Shown: positions 38,487-47,721 of the stretch, piece after piece
How positions within the stretch are numbered: the first letter of the stretch is position 1
How the letters are laid out: each line of letters opens with the position of its first letter
NCBI GenBank assembly: GCA_965204535.1
Contig: CBDBEV010000001.1
Location: forward strand, 1,408,001 to 1,472,000
Length of the DNA: 64,000 nucleotides
Direction: 5' to 3'
DNA from: a bacterium
Lineage (GTDB): Bacteria; UBA8248
Notes under the pieces: model-generated
Databases searched by the model: none
Told to the model about the DNA's origin: nothing
What the model saw: only the letters and a program-made list of their open reading frames with translations
Made by a program: the position numbers and the translations under genes

Positions 38487-40769
38487 TCAGCTTTTCTCCG
38501 CCTCCACGCGGTAGCTGTTGAATGTGGCGTTCTCGTATTCGGACAAGGCGTCGCCCGTGAGCTGGTTGGCCGCGCCGTCCTCGGGCAATCCGCCCGCAGG
38601 GACGTGTACGACGCCGGGCCTGATGTTCTCGCTCACCCTGGCCTCGAATACGGACTCTCCATAGTCGTTTTTAAGACGCACGCTGTCGCCGCTTTCGATG
38701 CCCCTTGCGGCGGCGTCTGCCGGATGCAGGGTGGCGACGTTCCAGCCGTGGCGCAGGAGCTTCCTCGCGTTGTTGAAGGTGGAACTCGCGCGGAAATAGG
38801 TTTTCGGCGTGAGGAGTTGCAGCGGGTAGTCCGCCCCATTGTCCGCCGCATATTCTTCCGGCGGGAAATGCGCGGGCACGTGTTGCGGGATATCCTCGAA
38901 GTAGATCTGCGCGCGCCCGTGCGGGGTGTTGAGGTCCCAGCGCGGAGCGGCCTCCGGGATGTCGAGAATGATTTGCCCCTCGGTCTCGAGCCTCTCGATC
39001 GTCACATCCTGAAACCAGGGGAAGCGCGCGTCCGCACGCGCGGCTTCCAGGAGTTCTTCGATCCATTCCCTCGATGATTTCCACGGGAAGTGGGCGCCGT
39101 AGCCCATCTTTTCGGCCAGACGGCAGACGATCTCGAAATCATCGAGCGACTCCCCGCGCGGCGGCATGCCGCCCGTCGAATAGAGCAGGATGTGTTTGGG
39201 CGTCATCTCATGGACGAGGTGAAAAAAGGTATTTCCCGCCTCCATGCCGTCGGTGATCGCGCAGCGCTCGAGCCAGGTGGATGCCGGCAACACCACGTCC
39301 GCGCATTTCGCCGTCGGCGTCATGAAGATGTCCGACACCGCGCAGAAATCGAGTGCGCGCAGGGCGCGCTCGGTCTTGTGCGCGTTGCCGGCCTGCCCGA
39401 CCGGGTTGCCCCACATCACCAGTGCGGCGTGCACGGGGCCGCCGTAGGAGTCGGGGTTCAGGATGGCTTCTCCGATCCGTCCGGTCGGGATGGTGCGCTT
39501 GACCGGATTGGGGACGGCCCAGCGCTCGGTCATCACCTCTACGAGGCCGGTTCCGTCCGCCTTCTCGAAGGGAAAGCCCGCCTCTCGCGCCCCGTGGCGC
39601 AGCACGCCGCCCGAGGCGCCCGCCATGAGGTTCAGGATGTGCAGCGCGCGGACGGCCTGCTCCCCATGCACGGTGCGCTGGTAAGACCCGTAAAAGACGA
39701 TGACTTTTCCTCGCCGCATCGCGTCGGCGATGGCGCGCACGTGCTCCTTTGATACGCCGCATTCGCGCGCCGCGCTCTCGGGCGTCCAAGGTTCGGCGGC
39801 GTCTCTCAGATAATCGAGCGCGGGTCTGCATCCGGTTCCGTTCCACTGGAACGTCCCACTCAAGGCCGGTTTGGCGCAGGCGGCGAACGGCCTGGCCGAA
39901 GCAGTGTCATGATCCCAGACGAGAGGCGCGCCGCTTGGGTTTGTAACGAATCTCGCGGTGTCCGCGTCCACGAGGAACGCGGCGTTGGTCCTCTGCCTGA
40001 GGAAGGTCTCATCCAGCGCGCCCTCTGCGAGGGTGAGGCGCAGCACGGCCAGCGCCAGTGCTGTGTCCGTGGAGGGGCGAATCGGCACGTGAACCTCGCC
40101 GAAGCGCTCCACTGTCCGCGTGCGGAGGGGGTCCACCACGATGAAGCGGCATCCGTTTCTCTTGGCGCTCTGTAAGGACTGGAGCAGGCCGCGGTATCCC
40201 GTCTCCACCGGGTTGTTGCCCCACAGGACGATCCACTCGCAGTCATCGGTCGGCTTGTTGCCCACCTGCCAGTGGCCGAATACGTCGTCGCTCGCGCCCA
40301 GGAATGCCTTCCAGCAGAGGCTGCCGCGCTTGTAGGGCTGCACGGCGCCGCCCCACATGTTCAAGAGCCGCATGATGGTGGCGGGCTCGGCATCGCGTCC
40401 TCCGGGCAGGGTGTGCTGGGCAGAGTAGTGGTACATCATGACGGACTCGTTTCCGCCCTTCGCCTTGGCGTCCTCGAGTCCACCGGCGACGAGTTCGAGC
40501 GCCTCGTCCCAGCTCACGCGCTCGAAGCGGTTCGCGCCGCCCGGCCCCGAGCCCTTCGCACCCACGCGCTTCATCGGGTAGAGGAGCCTGTCGGGGTGGT
40601 GATACCTGTCCGGCAACTGGAACCCCTTGATGCAGGGCTTGATGCGCATCCTGGGATTCGCGCGGAACGAGGAGATATTTTCGCCGCTCGATTCCACCTC
40701 GAAGCTGCAGGGGTTGTTCCCGCAGTGGGGGGAGCAGATCGTATAGGATTTTCGCGTTGCGCCGGACAT
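38487..40769 (-). CDS. Molybdopterin oxidoreductase (DmsA/BisC-like), stand-alone, no Tat signal
   Basis: CSPHCGNNPC..PCIKG, RVSWDEAL, WGNNP, DIFMTPTAKCADVVLP, LHPADAAARGI. Confidence 0.9.
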   Translation of the reverse strand: MSGATRKSYTICSPHCGNNPCSFEVESSGENISSFRANPRMRIKPCIKGFQLPDRYHHPDRLLYPMKRVGAKGSGPGGANRFERVSWDEALELVAGGLEDAKAKGGNESVMMYHYSAQHTLPGGRDAEPATIMRLLNMWGGAVQPYKRGSLCWKAFLGASDDVFGHWQVGNKPTDDCEWIVLWGNNPVETGYRGLLQSLQSAKRNGCRFIVVDPLRTRTVERFGEVHVPIRPSTDTALALAVLRLTLAEGALDETFLRQRTNAAFLVDADTARFVTNPSGAPLVWDHDTASARPFAACAKPALSGTFQWNGTGCRPALDYLRDAAEPWTPESAARECGVSKEHVRAIADAMRRGKVIVFYGSYQRTVHGEQAVRALHILNLMAGASGGVLRHGAREAGFPFEKADGTGLVEVMTERWAVPNPVKRTIPTGRIGEAILNPDSYGGPVHAALVMWGNPVGQAGNAHKTERALRALDFCAVSDIFMTPTAKCADVVLPASTWLERCAITDGMEAGNTFFHLVHEMTPKHILLYSTGGMPPRGESLDDFEIVCRLAEKMGYGAHFPWKSSREWIEELLEAARADARFPWFQDVTIERLETEGQIILDIPEAAPRWDLNTPHGRAQIYFEDIPQHVPAHFPPEEYAADNGADYPLQLLTPKTYFRASSTFNNARKLLRHGWNVATLHPADAAARGIESGDSVRLKNDYGESVFEARVSENIRPGVVHVPAGGLPEDGAANQLTGDALSEYENATFNSYRVEAEKS

Positions 40770-40930
40770 CGCCGCCTCTTCCCGGTTTTCGCACGGGGGC
40801 TACTTTACATGATTTCTCGCGCAAACTAACATAGGGCTTCTTTTGTTTCTGGGCAAATGGCATTTGTCATCATTGAGCGGAAAGCGACGGCGTCGCTTCC
40901 ATTATCCGAACCTTCTGGAGGTATGAGAGC

Positions 40931-42085
40931 ATGAGCACAGACGGAACCGCGCAGGCTGAATACGTGGCCCCCACCTGGGACACGAAGATGCCCTTGCCGT
41001 CGAATCCCGAGACGGGCGAGGACGCGAACGACTACTACATCATCGACTGCGAAACGCACGTGATGCCGGAGGATTACCGGCGCTTCATCAAGTATTTCGA
41101 AGGGACGAAAACCTTCGAGTACGCGCACAAGATGTGCAACCAATGGCAGTGGATCGACCACAGGAACAACAGACCGGCGGCCATCCACCCGGGCATGGAC
41201 TGGCATATCGACAAGATCATCGGCGACATGAACCGCGCGGGCGTGGACCAGATAGCCCTGATGCGCGAGTCGTTCATCGACACGGCGGGCGACAGCGCGC
41301 CGTTCTCCACGAACCAGCACGTCATCGACGCCATCGAGAAATACCCCGACCGCGTCATCGGCGTCTCGAACGTGGGTCCGTTCTCGAAGCGCAAGACAAA
41401 GGATTTCCTCTGGGAGATGGAATACCTCCACGACAACTACAACTTCAAGTTCACCAAGTTCTATCAGCCCGAGGACTGCCCCATCAACGACCGCAGGCTC
41501 TGGCCCGCTTATGAGATGTGCCAGGACAAGGGCATCGTCGCCTTCTTCCACACCGGCATCACCATCCGCCTGGGTCCGACGCGCTATACCCTGCCGATTC
41601 TGCTGGACGAGGTGGCCTCCGACTTCCCGGACCTCAAAATCGTCGCCTACCACGGCGGCTATCCCTATTGGGAAGACCTCGTCATGCTGATGTGGAAACA
41701 CCCGAACGTGTATGTGAGCTACTCGATCCTTCTGCCCTGGCTCATGCGCGCGCCGCACCGGTTCGCCCACATGGTCGGCACGACGCTGCAGATCGTCGGC
41801 CCCGGCCGATTCGTCTGGGGCAGCGACTGGCCGGCTTCTGACCCCTACCAGTCGGTCGAGGCGGTCCTGAAGCTCCATATCGACGAGGAACTGCAGGAGA
41901 AGTGGGGTTATCCCGCCATCACGAAAGAGGACAAGGCGGGCTTCCTGGGCACCACGCTCGCGCACCTCGCGGGCATCGACCCGGTGAAGAACCACCAGAA
42001 ATTCCCCGGCATGAACGGCGCGCCGGAGGGGAAGACGCCGGAGGGCGACATCACCCGCGCCATCATGGCGAAGAACGGCAGCTAG
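40931..42085 (+). CDS. Amidohydrolase_2 family protein
   Basis: IIDCETH, FHTG, DFPDLKIVAYHGG, WGSDWP. Confidence 0.88.
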   Translation: MSTDGTAQAEYVAPTWDTKMPLPSNPETGEDANDYYIIDCETHVMPEDYRRFIKYFEGTKTFEYAHKMCNQWQWIDHRNNRPAAIHPGMDWHIDKIIGDMNRAGVDQIALMRESFIDTAGDSAPFSTNQHVIDAIEKYPDRVIGVSNVGPFSKRKTKDFLWEMEYLHDNYNFKFTKFYQPEDCPINDRRLWPAYEMCQDKGIVAFFHTGITIRLGPTRYTLPILLDEVASDFPDLKIVAYHGGYPYWEDLVMLMWKHPNVYVSYSILLPWLMRAPHRFAHMVGTTLQIVGPGRFVWGSDWPASDPYQSVEAVLKLHIDEELQEKWGYPAITKEDKAGFLGTTLAHLAGIDPVKNHQKFPGMNGAPEGKTPEGDITRAIMAKNGS

Positions 42086-42117
42086 CCCGCAGCCCGGCCT
42101 CTCGCCCCGATAGCATG

Positions 42118-42154
42118 AAACCCCGTCCGGGTTCGCCCGGGCGGGGTTTTGTTT
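42118..42154 (+). terminator. Rho-independent terminator
   Basis: AAACCCCGTCCGGG-ttcg-CCCGGGCGGGGTTT followed by TGTTT. Confidence 0.8.
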
Positions 42155-42248
42155 GGGGAGAAAATCGGGCGGCAACTGTTCGGGGAATGGATTTGGGGGG
42201 GGAATCGCATACATGATTCGACCGCAGGGGACATTGCCTTTACCGCCC

Positions 42249-42808
42249 TTGTCGGGGTTGTTGAAAAAGCCTTTGTCGAAGGAGCAACCCCCCCTACCCC
42301 CCCTTGTCAGGGCTGTTGAAAAAGTCCTGCAATGCCGGAATGACGGCAATGGGATTACGCCTTGGCGAAGGGAGTGTAGGGGCCGCATATATGCGGCCCG
42401 TCGTTGGAAGGCAAAAAGGCCGGGTCGCATATATGCGACCCCTACACAAGAGATCCGCCCGATGAAGGCTTTTTCAACAACCCCTTGTCAGGGGGGTATA
42501 AAAAGGCGATGCGCCCCCGCCGGCAGAGGGGGCTTTGCTTTTTCTTGCCCCCTGACAAGGGGGGGTAGGGGGGGTTGGTTTTGTAGGGACAGGCCCCCGC
42601 GCCTGTCCGGGGTCGCGCTACCAAAACACAATCGCTCGCTCCTCGCTCATGTCAAACCCATCTTTATGGGAGCGCTGCCGACCGTAGGGGCGGTTCGCGA
42701 ACCGCCTCTACAACGGGCGCGGTATTCGCTCGTCATTCCGGCGGTGGTCAATTCCAAGCGAGAAGAGGCTTTTTCAACAACCCCCTAAGGGACTTCTTCA
42801 ACAGCCCC
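42249..42808. mobile_element. Nested MITE/REP complex (outer left end 42254; right ends at 42784 and 42808)
   Basis: Two left and three right IS1182-type TIRs around a family-B palindrome and GTAG REPs. Confidence 0.75.
42309..42484. mobile_element. Inner IS1182-derived MITE (176 bp)
   Basis: AGGGCTGTTGAAAAAG / CTTTTTCAACAACCCC; exact TSD TTGTC (42304-42308, 42485-42489); cargo GTAGGGGCCGCATATATGCGGCCC / GGGTCGCATATATGCGACCCCTAC. Confidence 0.9.
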
Positions 42809-43561
42809 TCACACCTTCCCCATGACGAACTTGATCACCAGGCTCGTGGCGATGAGGAACAGGGCGACCCGGATGAGCCTGAAGAAAAGCGCCTGGTCGA
42901 TGTGCTCGCGGACGCGGATGCCCGCCCAGTACCCGACGTAGACGGGGATGATCGCCAACAGCGCGTTCGTGAAGCGCGGTTTCGTATAAAAGCCCTGGAG
43001 CCAAAGGCTCAGAATGATGACGCACATGCCAGTCGAGTTGAACGCGTTCATCAGGAAGATGAACGGGTTTTTCGCCAGCCTGAGCATGCTGAAGTAAATG
43101 ATGTTGATGGCGCCGCTGATGGTCGTCGTCCCGTATACGAATCCCAGCGTCGCCCCCATGAGGGCGCCCACGATTCTCTGAAAGCCCGCGCCCAACTCCT
43201 TGAAGAAACCCAGGCGGCTCTCCACGAGCAGGTAGATATAGGCCATGACCCCCATCATCAGACGGATGAAATCGGGGTCCCCGAACCCCAGGAACCACAC
43301 GCCGACCGGCATGAACGCCATGGCGACCAGGAGATACAGCCATATCTCCCGGATAGCGCGCCATTCGGAGCGGAGGCGGTAGGTGTCGGTGAAGTTGGAG
43401 ATGAGGAGCGGGAGCGCGAGCAGGGTGACGATTTCCTTGGGGGCGATGAAGAGCGCGAGGAGCGGGGCGGCCACCAGCGGCGTGCCGAAGCCGATGGACC
43501 CCTTCACGAATCCCCCGAAAAAGAGGACGCAGACGACGATGGCGATTTCTATGTCGCTCAT
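42809..43561 (-). CDS. TauE/SafE family sulfite exporter
   Basis: GFVKGSIGFG..V..PLL start, about 8 TM helices, G..G....G repeat. Confidence 0.85.
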   Translation of the reverse strand: MSDIEIAIVVCVLFFGGFVKGSIGFGTPLVAAPLLALFIAPKEIVTLLALPLLISNFTDTYRLRSEWRAIREIWLYLLVAMAFMPVGVWFLGFGDPDFIRLMMGVMAYIYLLVESRLGFFKELGAGFQRIVGALMGATLGFVYGTTTISGAINIIYFSMLRLAKNPFIFLMNAFNSTGMCVIILSLWLQGFYTKPRFTNALLAIIPVYVGYWAGIRVREHIDQALFFRLIRVALFLIATSLVIKFVMGKV

Positions 43562-43599
43562 GTGAATCTCAAGGAAAAAGAGGGGAGTCCGACCCCCAG

Positions 43600-43707
43600 G
43601 GGGCTGTTGAAAAAGTTCCCTTTTCAGGGGGTAGAGGGGGTTGGTTTATGGGGTTTCCCTTTCAAGGGGGTTGCCGTTACCCTCTCAGGGGGTTTTTCAA
43701 CAATCCC
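43600..43707. mobile_element. Minimal MITE (108 bp)
   Basis: GGGGCTGTTGAAAAAG / GTTTTTCAACAATCCC; interior resembles the reverse complement of about 44768-44825; no clean TSD. Confidence 0.7.
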
Positions 43708-43747
43708 GGAAAGGGGGGGGCAACAACCCGCTGGGCAGGGACCCGCC

Positions 43748-44554
43748 TCACCCCGCGATGTCTTCGCCTCCGTCGACGCGAATCAGATCGCCCGTCATCC
43801 ACTGGGTGCCGGAGGCGGCGAGCGTCGCGATGGCGTCGGCCACTTTCTGCGGCGTCGTCAGTTCCCCGTGCGGGTTGATTTTCTTCGTGCCCTCTATCAT
43901 CTCGGCGTTGCCCGGGATCTTGCGGAGCGCGGGCGTGTCCGTGACGCCGGCCTGGATGCTGTTCGCCGTGATGCCCCTGGGCGCCAGTTCGACGGCGAGC
44001 TGGCGGATGTGGCTCTCGAGCGCGGCTTTGGCCGCCGACACGGCGCCGTAGGTTTTCCAGATGCGGTGTCCGCCCGCGCTCGTCATGGCGTAGATGCGGC
44101 CCCCGAAGCCCATGAGGCCGCGCCGCACGAGCGCCTGGGTCCAGTAGACGAGGCTGTTCGCCATGACGTCGAGCGTCATCTCGAGCTGTCTGGGGGTGAT
44201 GGCGTCTTTCTCCTCCTCGGCGATGTAGGGCTTGAGCGTGCCGAAGGCCAGGCTGTGCAGGAGGATGCGCACCGCGCCCTCCGCGTTCTCGCCCAGGTGC
44301 TCCTCGATTTGATCCAGAACGCTCTCGCGCTCCTCGTGGCCCGCCGCGTTCACGTTGAAATAGAGCGATTCGGCGCCGTTCGTCCTGATCTGCTCCCGAA
44401 TGCGCTCCACGTTGGGCAGCGTGGCTTTCCTGTCGAGGTGGACGCCCAGGATGTTCACGCCCAGGCCCGAGAGCTTGAGCGCGTTCGCCTCTCCAAAGCC
44501 GCTGCTCGCTCCCAGTATGAGCGCCCAGCTTCCCGCCAGATCCGAGTTCGACAC
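43748..44554 (-). CDS. SDR oxidoreductase, enoyl-ACP reductase (FabL-like)
   Basis: LILGASSGFG, YGAVSAAKAALE, ANSIQAGVTDTPAL, RVDGG. Confidence 0.85.
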   Translation of the reverse strand: MSNSDLAGSWALILGASSGFGEANALKLSGLGVNILGVHLDRKATLPNVERIREQIRTNGAESLYFNVNAAGHEERESVLDQIEEHLGENAEGAVRILLHSLAFGTLKPYIAEEEKDAITPRQLEMTLDVMANSLVYWTQALVRRGLMGFGGRIYAMTSAGGHRIWKTYGAVSAAKAALESHIRQLAVELAPRGITANSIQAGVTDTPALRKIPGNAEMIEGTKKINPHGELTTPQKVADAIATLAASGTQWMTGDLIRVDGGEDIAG

Positions 44555-44729
44555 GTCTTTCTTCTCCTTTCGAGGCTGCGGTTCGTCGCGTTTTCATTGT
44601 TTATAGCACATCCGGGAGGGATTGGGGGTCAGCCCCGAGTGAGGAGGGAGGGGCTGCTTTTCCGGTCGAAAGGCAAGCGGAGCGGGACAGGGCCCGATAG
44701 TGCATAGGCGACCCCGTCTGCGGCGCAAG

Positions 44730-45341
44730 TGTAGGGGTCGCATATATGCGACCCTGGTTTTTTCGCCTCCCTGAAAGGGTAATGGCAACCCCCTTGAAAG
44801 GGGAATCCCATAAAGGCAACCCCCCTTACCCCCCCTTGTCAGGGGTCAAACGCGAGTGATGAACGAGCGTTTGCATGAGCCATTGACGAGAAACACATCG
44901 TCTTGCAAAACCTCCCTCTTCGGTCGGTTTTGACCCCTGACAAGGGGGGGGTGAATAAGTCTGCGCAGGACCCTGCAAATAGAAGGTTTGTAGGGACAGG
45001 CCCCCGTGCCTGTCCTGATGTGGGGCGGCCACGGGGTCAGACATATATGTCTGACCCCTACGGGAGCCTTGTCGTTCGGGAATCACTCCCCCCTTGAGGG
45101 TCTGGCTTCCCGAGGGGAAAGCCAGACGATGAAGCCGAGCGGTTTGTGCGAAGGCTGACTCGGTGGGGGGTAAAATGCGTTTTATTGCCATTCCGAATTA
45201 TACCCCCCCACCGAATCGCTTTCGGGCTTACGCCCTCAGCTCTTCGTCTGGCTTTCCCCTCGGGAAGCCAGACCCTCAAGGGGGGAGTGATTACGGACTG
45301 GCGCGGTGGTTCTGTAGGGACAGGTCGCGACCTGTCCCTAC
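44730..45341. repeat. REP mosaic including variant family-A element 45081-45292
   Basis: GTAG REPs, family-B arms CCCCCCTTGTCAGGGG..CCCCTGACAAGGGGGGG, segment shared with MITE 12051/47831, family-A core shared with 16584-16750 and 23231-23385. Confidence 0.85.
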
Positions 45342-45714
45342 AGGATCGGCGGACAGGCGCGAGGGCCACGGACAGGCGCCGGGGCCTGCTCCCGCGCTCT
45401 CGGCCCGGATGCGCCCCGCCTCATCGCTTCCCTTCATCGCTCGCGCCTCCCGGGAGTGGCGGCAGGGAAAACGCGAAAATACACGAAAAAGGCATGAAAC
45501 CCCCAAAAAAGGATACAAAAGTAGGGCCGGCCATGATATTATTGATCGATCAAGTAAATGAATGTTCCACCTGAAGGGGAGGCGGACGGCCCCGTCGCGA
45601 AAAATCGCAATACCGGGAAGGGGGGATCAGGAAAATGAGACATCGCTCGAGGGGAGCCCGACGGGGCTTGCAAGCGGAGGCGGCTACGGTCCGTCATCCG
45701 AAGAAGAGGCCGGC

Positions 45715-45905
45715 ATGAGCTCCGGACGGCTGCCCGGCCGCCCCGACGGGCTCGCGCCGGGCCTCGTCCCCGCGGCGCCGGCTCGCCCTTTTCGCTGCCG
45801 GGCGCCTTCGCCTTGCTCGCCGCGTCCGCCTCCGCTGACGTGCTCGTCAGCGACGTCGAGCAGACACGGAGCAGCGCTCCCGATCTTTCGGGCAATCACG
45901 TCACG
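45715..45905 (+). pseudogene. Remnant 5' end of a large secreted protein (choice-of-anchor-R-like start)
   Basis: SD plus ATG at 45715; in a shifted frame GAFALLAASASA-DVLVSDVEQT resembles signal peptide plus VLVSNxGQ; no continuation. Confidence 0.4.
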
Positions 45906-46109
45906 ATCGGGCCTGACCACCGGAACCGACACCGGCGGTTGCACCCTGACGAGCATCGGGTTCGCCCGGGCACGGCGTCACGCTGCGCGGCGCGATTCTC
46001 TGGCAGGGCTCGTCGGCAACGCAGCGTACATGGCCCGAATCGCGAGGCAGGGTGCTGTCGCGCCGTGTCTGGTTTCAGGGCTCCAAATTCCAAATGAGGA
46101 GAAAGTAGC

Positions 46110-47606
46110 ATGAGGATAAACAGATACGCGATTGGACGGGCGGGGACCGCGCTGCTCGCGCTCGTCCTGGTTCTTGGGGGAACGCCGGCCCTGGCGAACT
46201 CCGACAAGATTTCGGACATTGACTTCGAGTTGTCGGTCAGTCCACATCATGAAGGAAAGCTCTATGACCGTCCGACCGCTGTCGGATACATTGTCTGGTG
46301 GCATCGGGAAACGGTTGAGGTGAGGGTCGTCGAGAATGGCCAGAACGTCATGGTATGGGTCGATACAGGTTCCGGGTTCAAGGAGGTGGCCGACCCCGCC
46401 AATCCCGGTACGTATCAAGTCCAGCTCAACCCGGCCGGCGAAGAAACCCTGTTCCAGGTCTGGGTGGAAGAGCGGATTACCAGGAACGGCAAACCGGTCG
46501 TCAGGTACCAGCCAGCCAATCTGGTCATCTACAGGATGCCGTCGCCCCAGGCGCGGGGCGAATCACCATCGGGCAACAAGGGTACGGATTCACCCCTGGG
46601 TGCGCTGCCGAAACCGGCGACGCCTACGGAATCGAACCCGCCCCCCGCTGAGCCGCCCGACGACCCGCCGGGCAGCGACTCTACGGACAGACCCTTGGGT
46701 GCGGCGCCGAAACCGGCGACGCCGACAACGCAGCCCGAGAGCCCGCCGCCGACGCAGCCCGACCCGGTACCGCAGACTTCACTCCAGTCGTCCACCGCCA
46801 CTCCGCGGACAGCCGCCGCACCTCCCGACGACTCCACGACGCCCAGAGAAGCGCTTGAACGCCTCGTCTCGTCATCGAACGCCGAGTTGAGAGCTGAAAC
46901 GCTCGACGGAAAAGCGAGTCTGTGGATGAGCCTGTGGGAGAGACCGGACGTTTTCCGCGGCCCGGGCATGCCCCGTCGCGAGTTGTCGAGCCTGACCGGA
47001 CTGTTCGAGTTGTCGAGCCTGACCGGACTGGAGGCAGGCGCCGAGGACAGCCCGCCACCGGAGTACGAGGACCTGGCGGACCGGCTCGGTGTTTCCCGGG
47101 CGTTCGCGGAAACTTCCAGGGCGTCAGAGGACGTGGAATTGAGCTACCTCCACTACGGCGGGTGGATGGACCACAGCTTCTTCTTCGTCAGCGGCGTCAC
47201 TGCTCGCGATCCTGCAACGGAGAAGGAATCGTTCGGGACGTTCCTCCACTCGATGGGGAATGCGACGGGCGCCAATCCGGTCTCCGGCGGCGCAACGTGG
47301 AAGGGCGCGATGGCCGGGTTCGACGTCAGCGACACCGCGGACAGGGGGAACCTCATCGAGGGCGATGCAACGGTCACCATCGACGACTTCGAGCAGCCGG
47401 TCGTCGACGTGGCCCTCACCGGTCTGCGCGACCGGAACGCCGACCGCGACCGGGCGTCGATCACCTGGGAGGGGGTGCCTCTGGCGGACGGAGCGTTCGC
47501 AAGCTCGGGGCTCCAGGGCCAGTTCTACGGGCCGGACCACGAGGAAGCGGGCGGGGTCTTTCTGCGGGACGGGATCAGCGGAGCCTTCGGCGCGAAGCGC
47601 CAGTGA
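46110..47606 (+). CDS. Secreted protein with Pro/Thr linker and C-terminal TbpB-like beta-barrel
   Basis: Signal peptide (ALA), YGGWMDHSFF, ATWKGAMAG, GQFYGPDHEEAGGVF..GAFGAKR terminus. Confidence 0.82.
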   Translation: MRINRYAIGRAGTALLALVLVLGGTPALANSDKISDIDFELSVSPHHEGKLYDRPTAVGYIVWWHRETVEVRVVENGQNVMVWVDTGSGFKEVADPANPGTYQVQLNPAGEETLFQVWVEERITRNGKPVVRYQPANLVIYRMPSPQARGESPSGNKGTDSPLGALPKPATPTESNPPPAEPPDDPPGSDSTDRPLGAAPKPATPTTQPESPPPTQPDPVPQTSLQSSTATPRTAAAPPDDSTTPREALERLVSSSNAELRAETLDGKASLWMSLWERPDVFRGPGMPRRELSSLTGLFELSSLTGLEAGAEDSPPPEYEDLADRLGVSRAFAETSRASEDVELSYLHYGGWMDHSFFFVSGVTARDPATEKESFGTFLHSMGNATGANPVSGGATWKGAMAGFDVSDTADRGNLIEGDATVTIDDFEQPVVDVALTGLRDRNADRDRASITWEGVPLADGAFASSGLQGQFYGPDHEEAGGVFLRDGISGAFGAKRQ

Positions 47607-47721
47607 GCCGATCCGGACCCCGCCCGCCGGCGCGGGCGGGTGGGGTCGCGCCGGCGGTGAAGGCGGACCCGGTCCTGGAGCCGGGGCTGCGGCCGGCGGA
47701 CGGTGCGCTGGTGCTGACCGG

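Noticed and set aside
42153-42788. ORFs made of repeats (GLLKK, FFNNP, VGTGPRACP, PPLRG peptides; also 45146-45574, 47780-48470)
   Set aside because: Translations of TIR and REP sequence, not proteins
45542-45553. TTGATCGATCAA as an FNR box
   Set aside because: Half-sites are separated by 2 nt rather than the required 4
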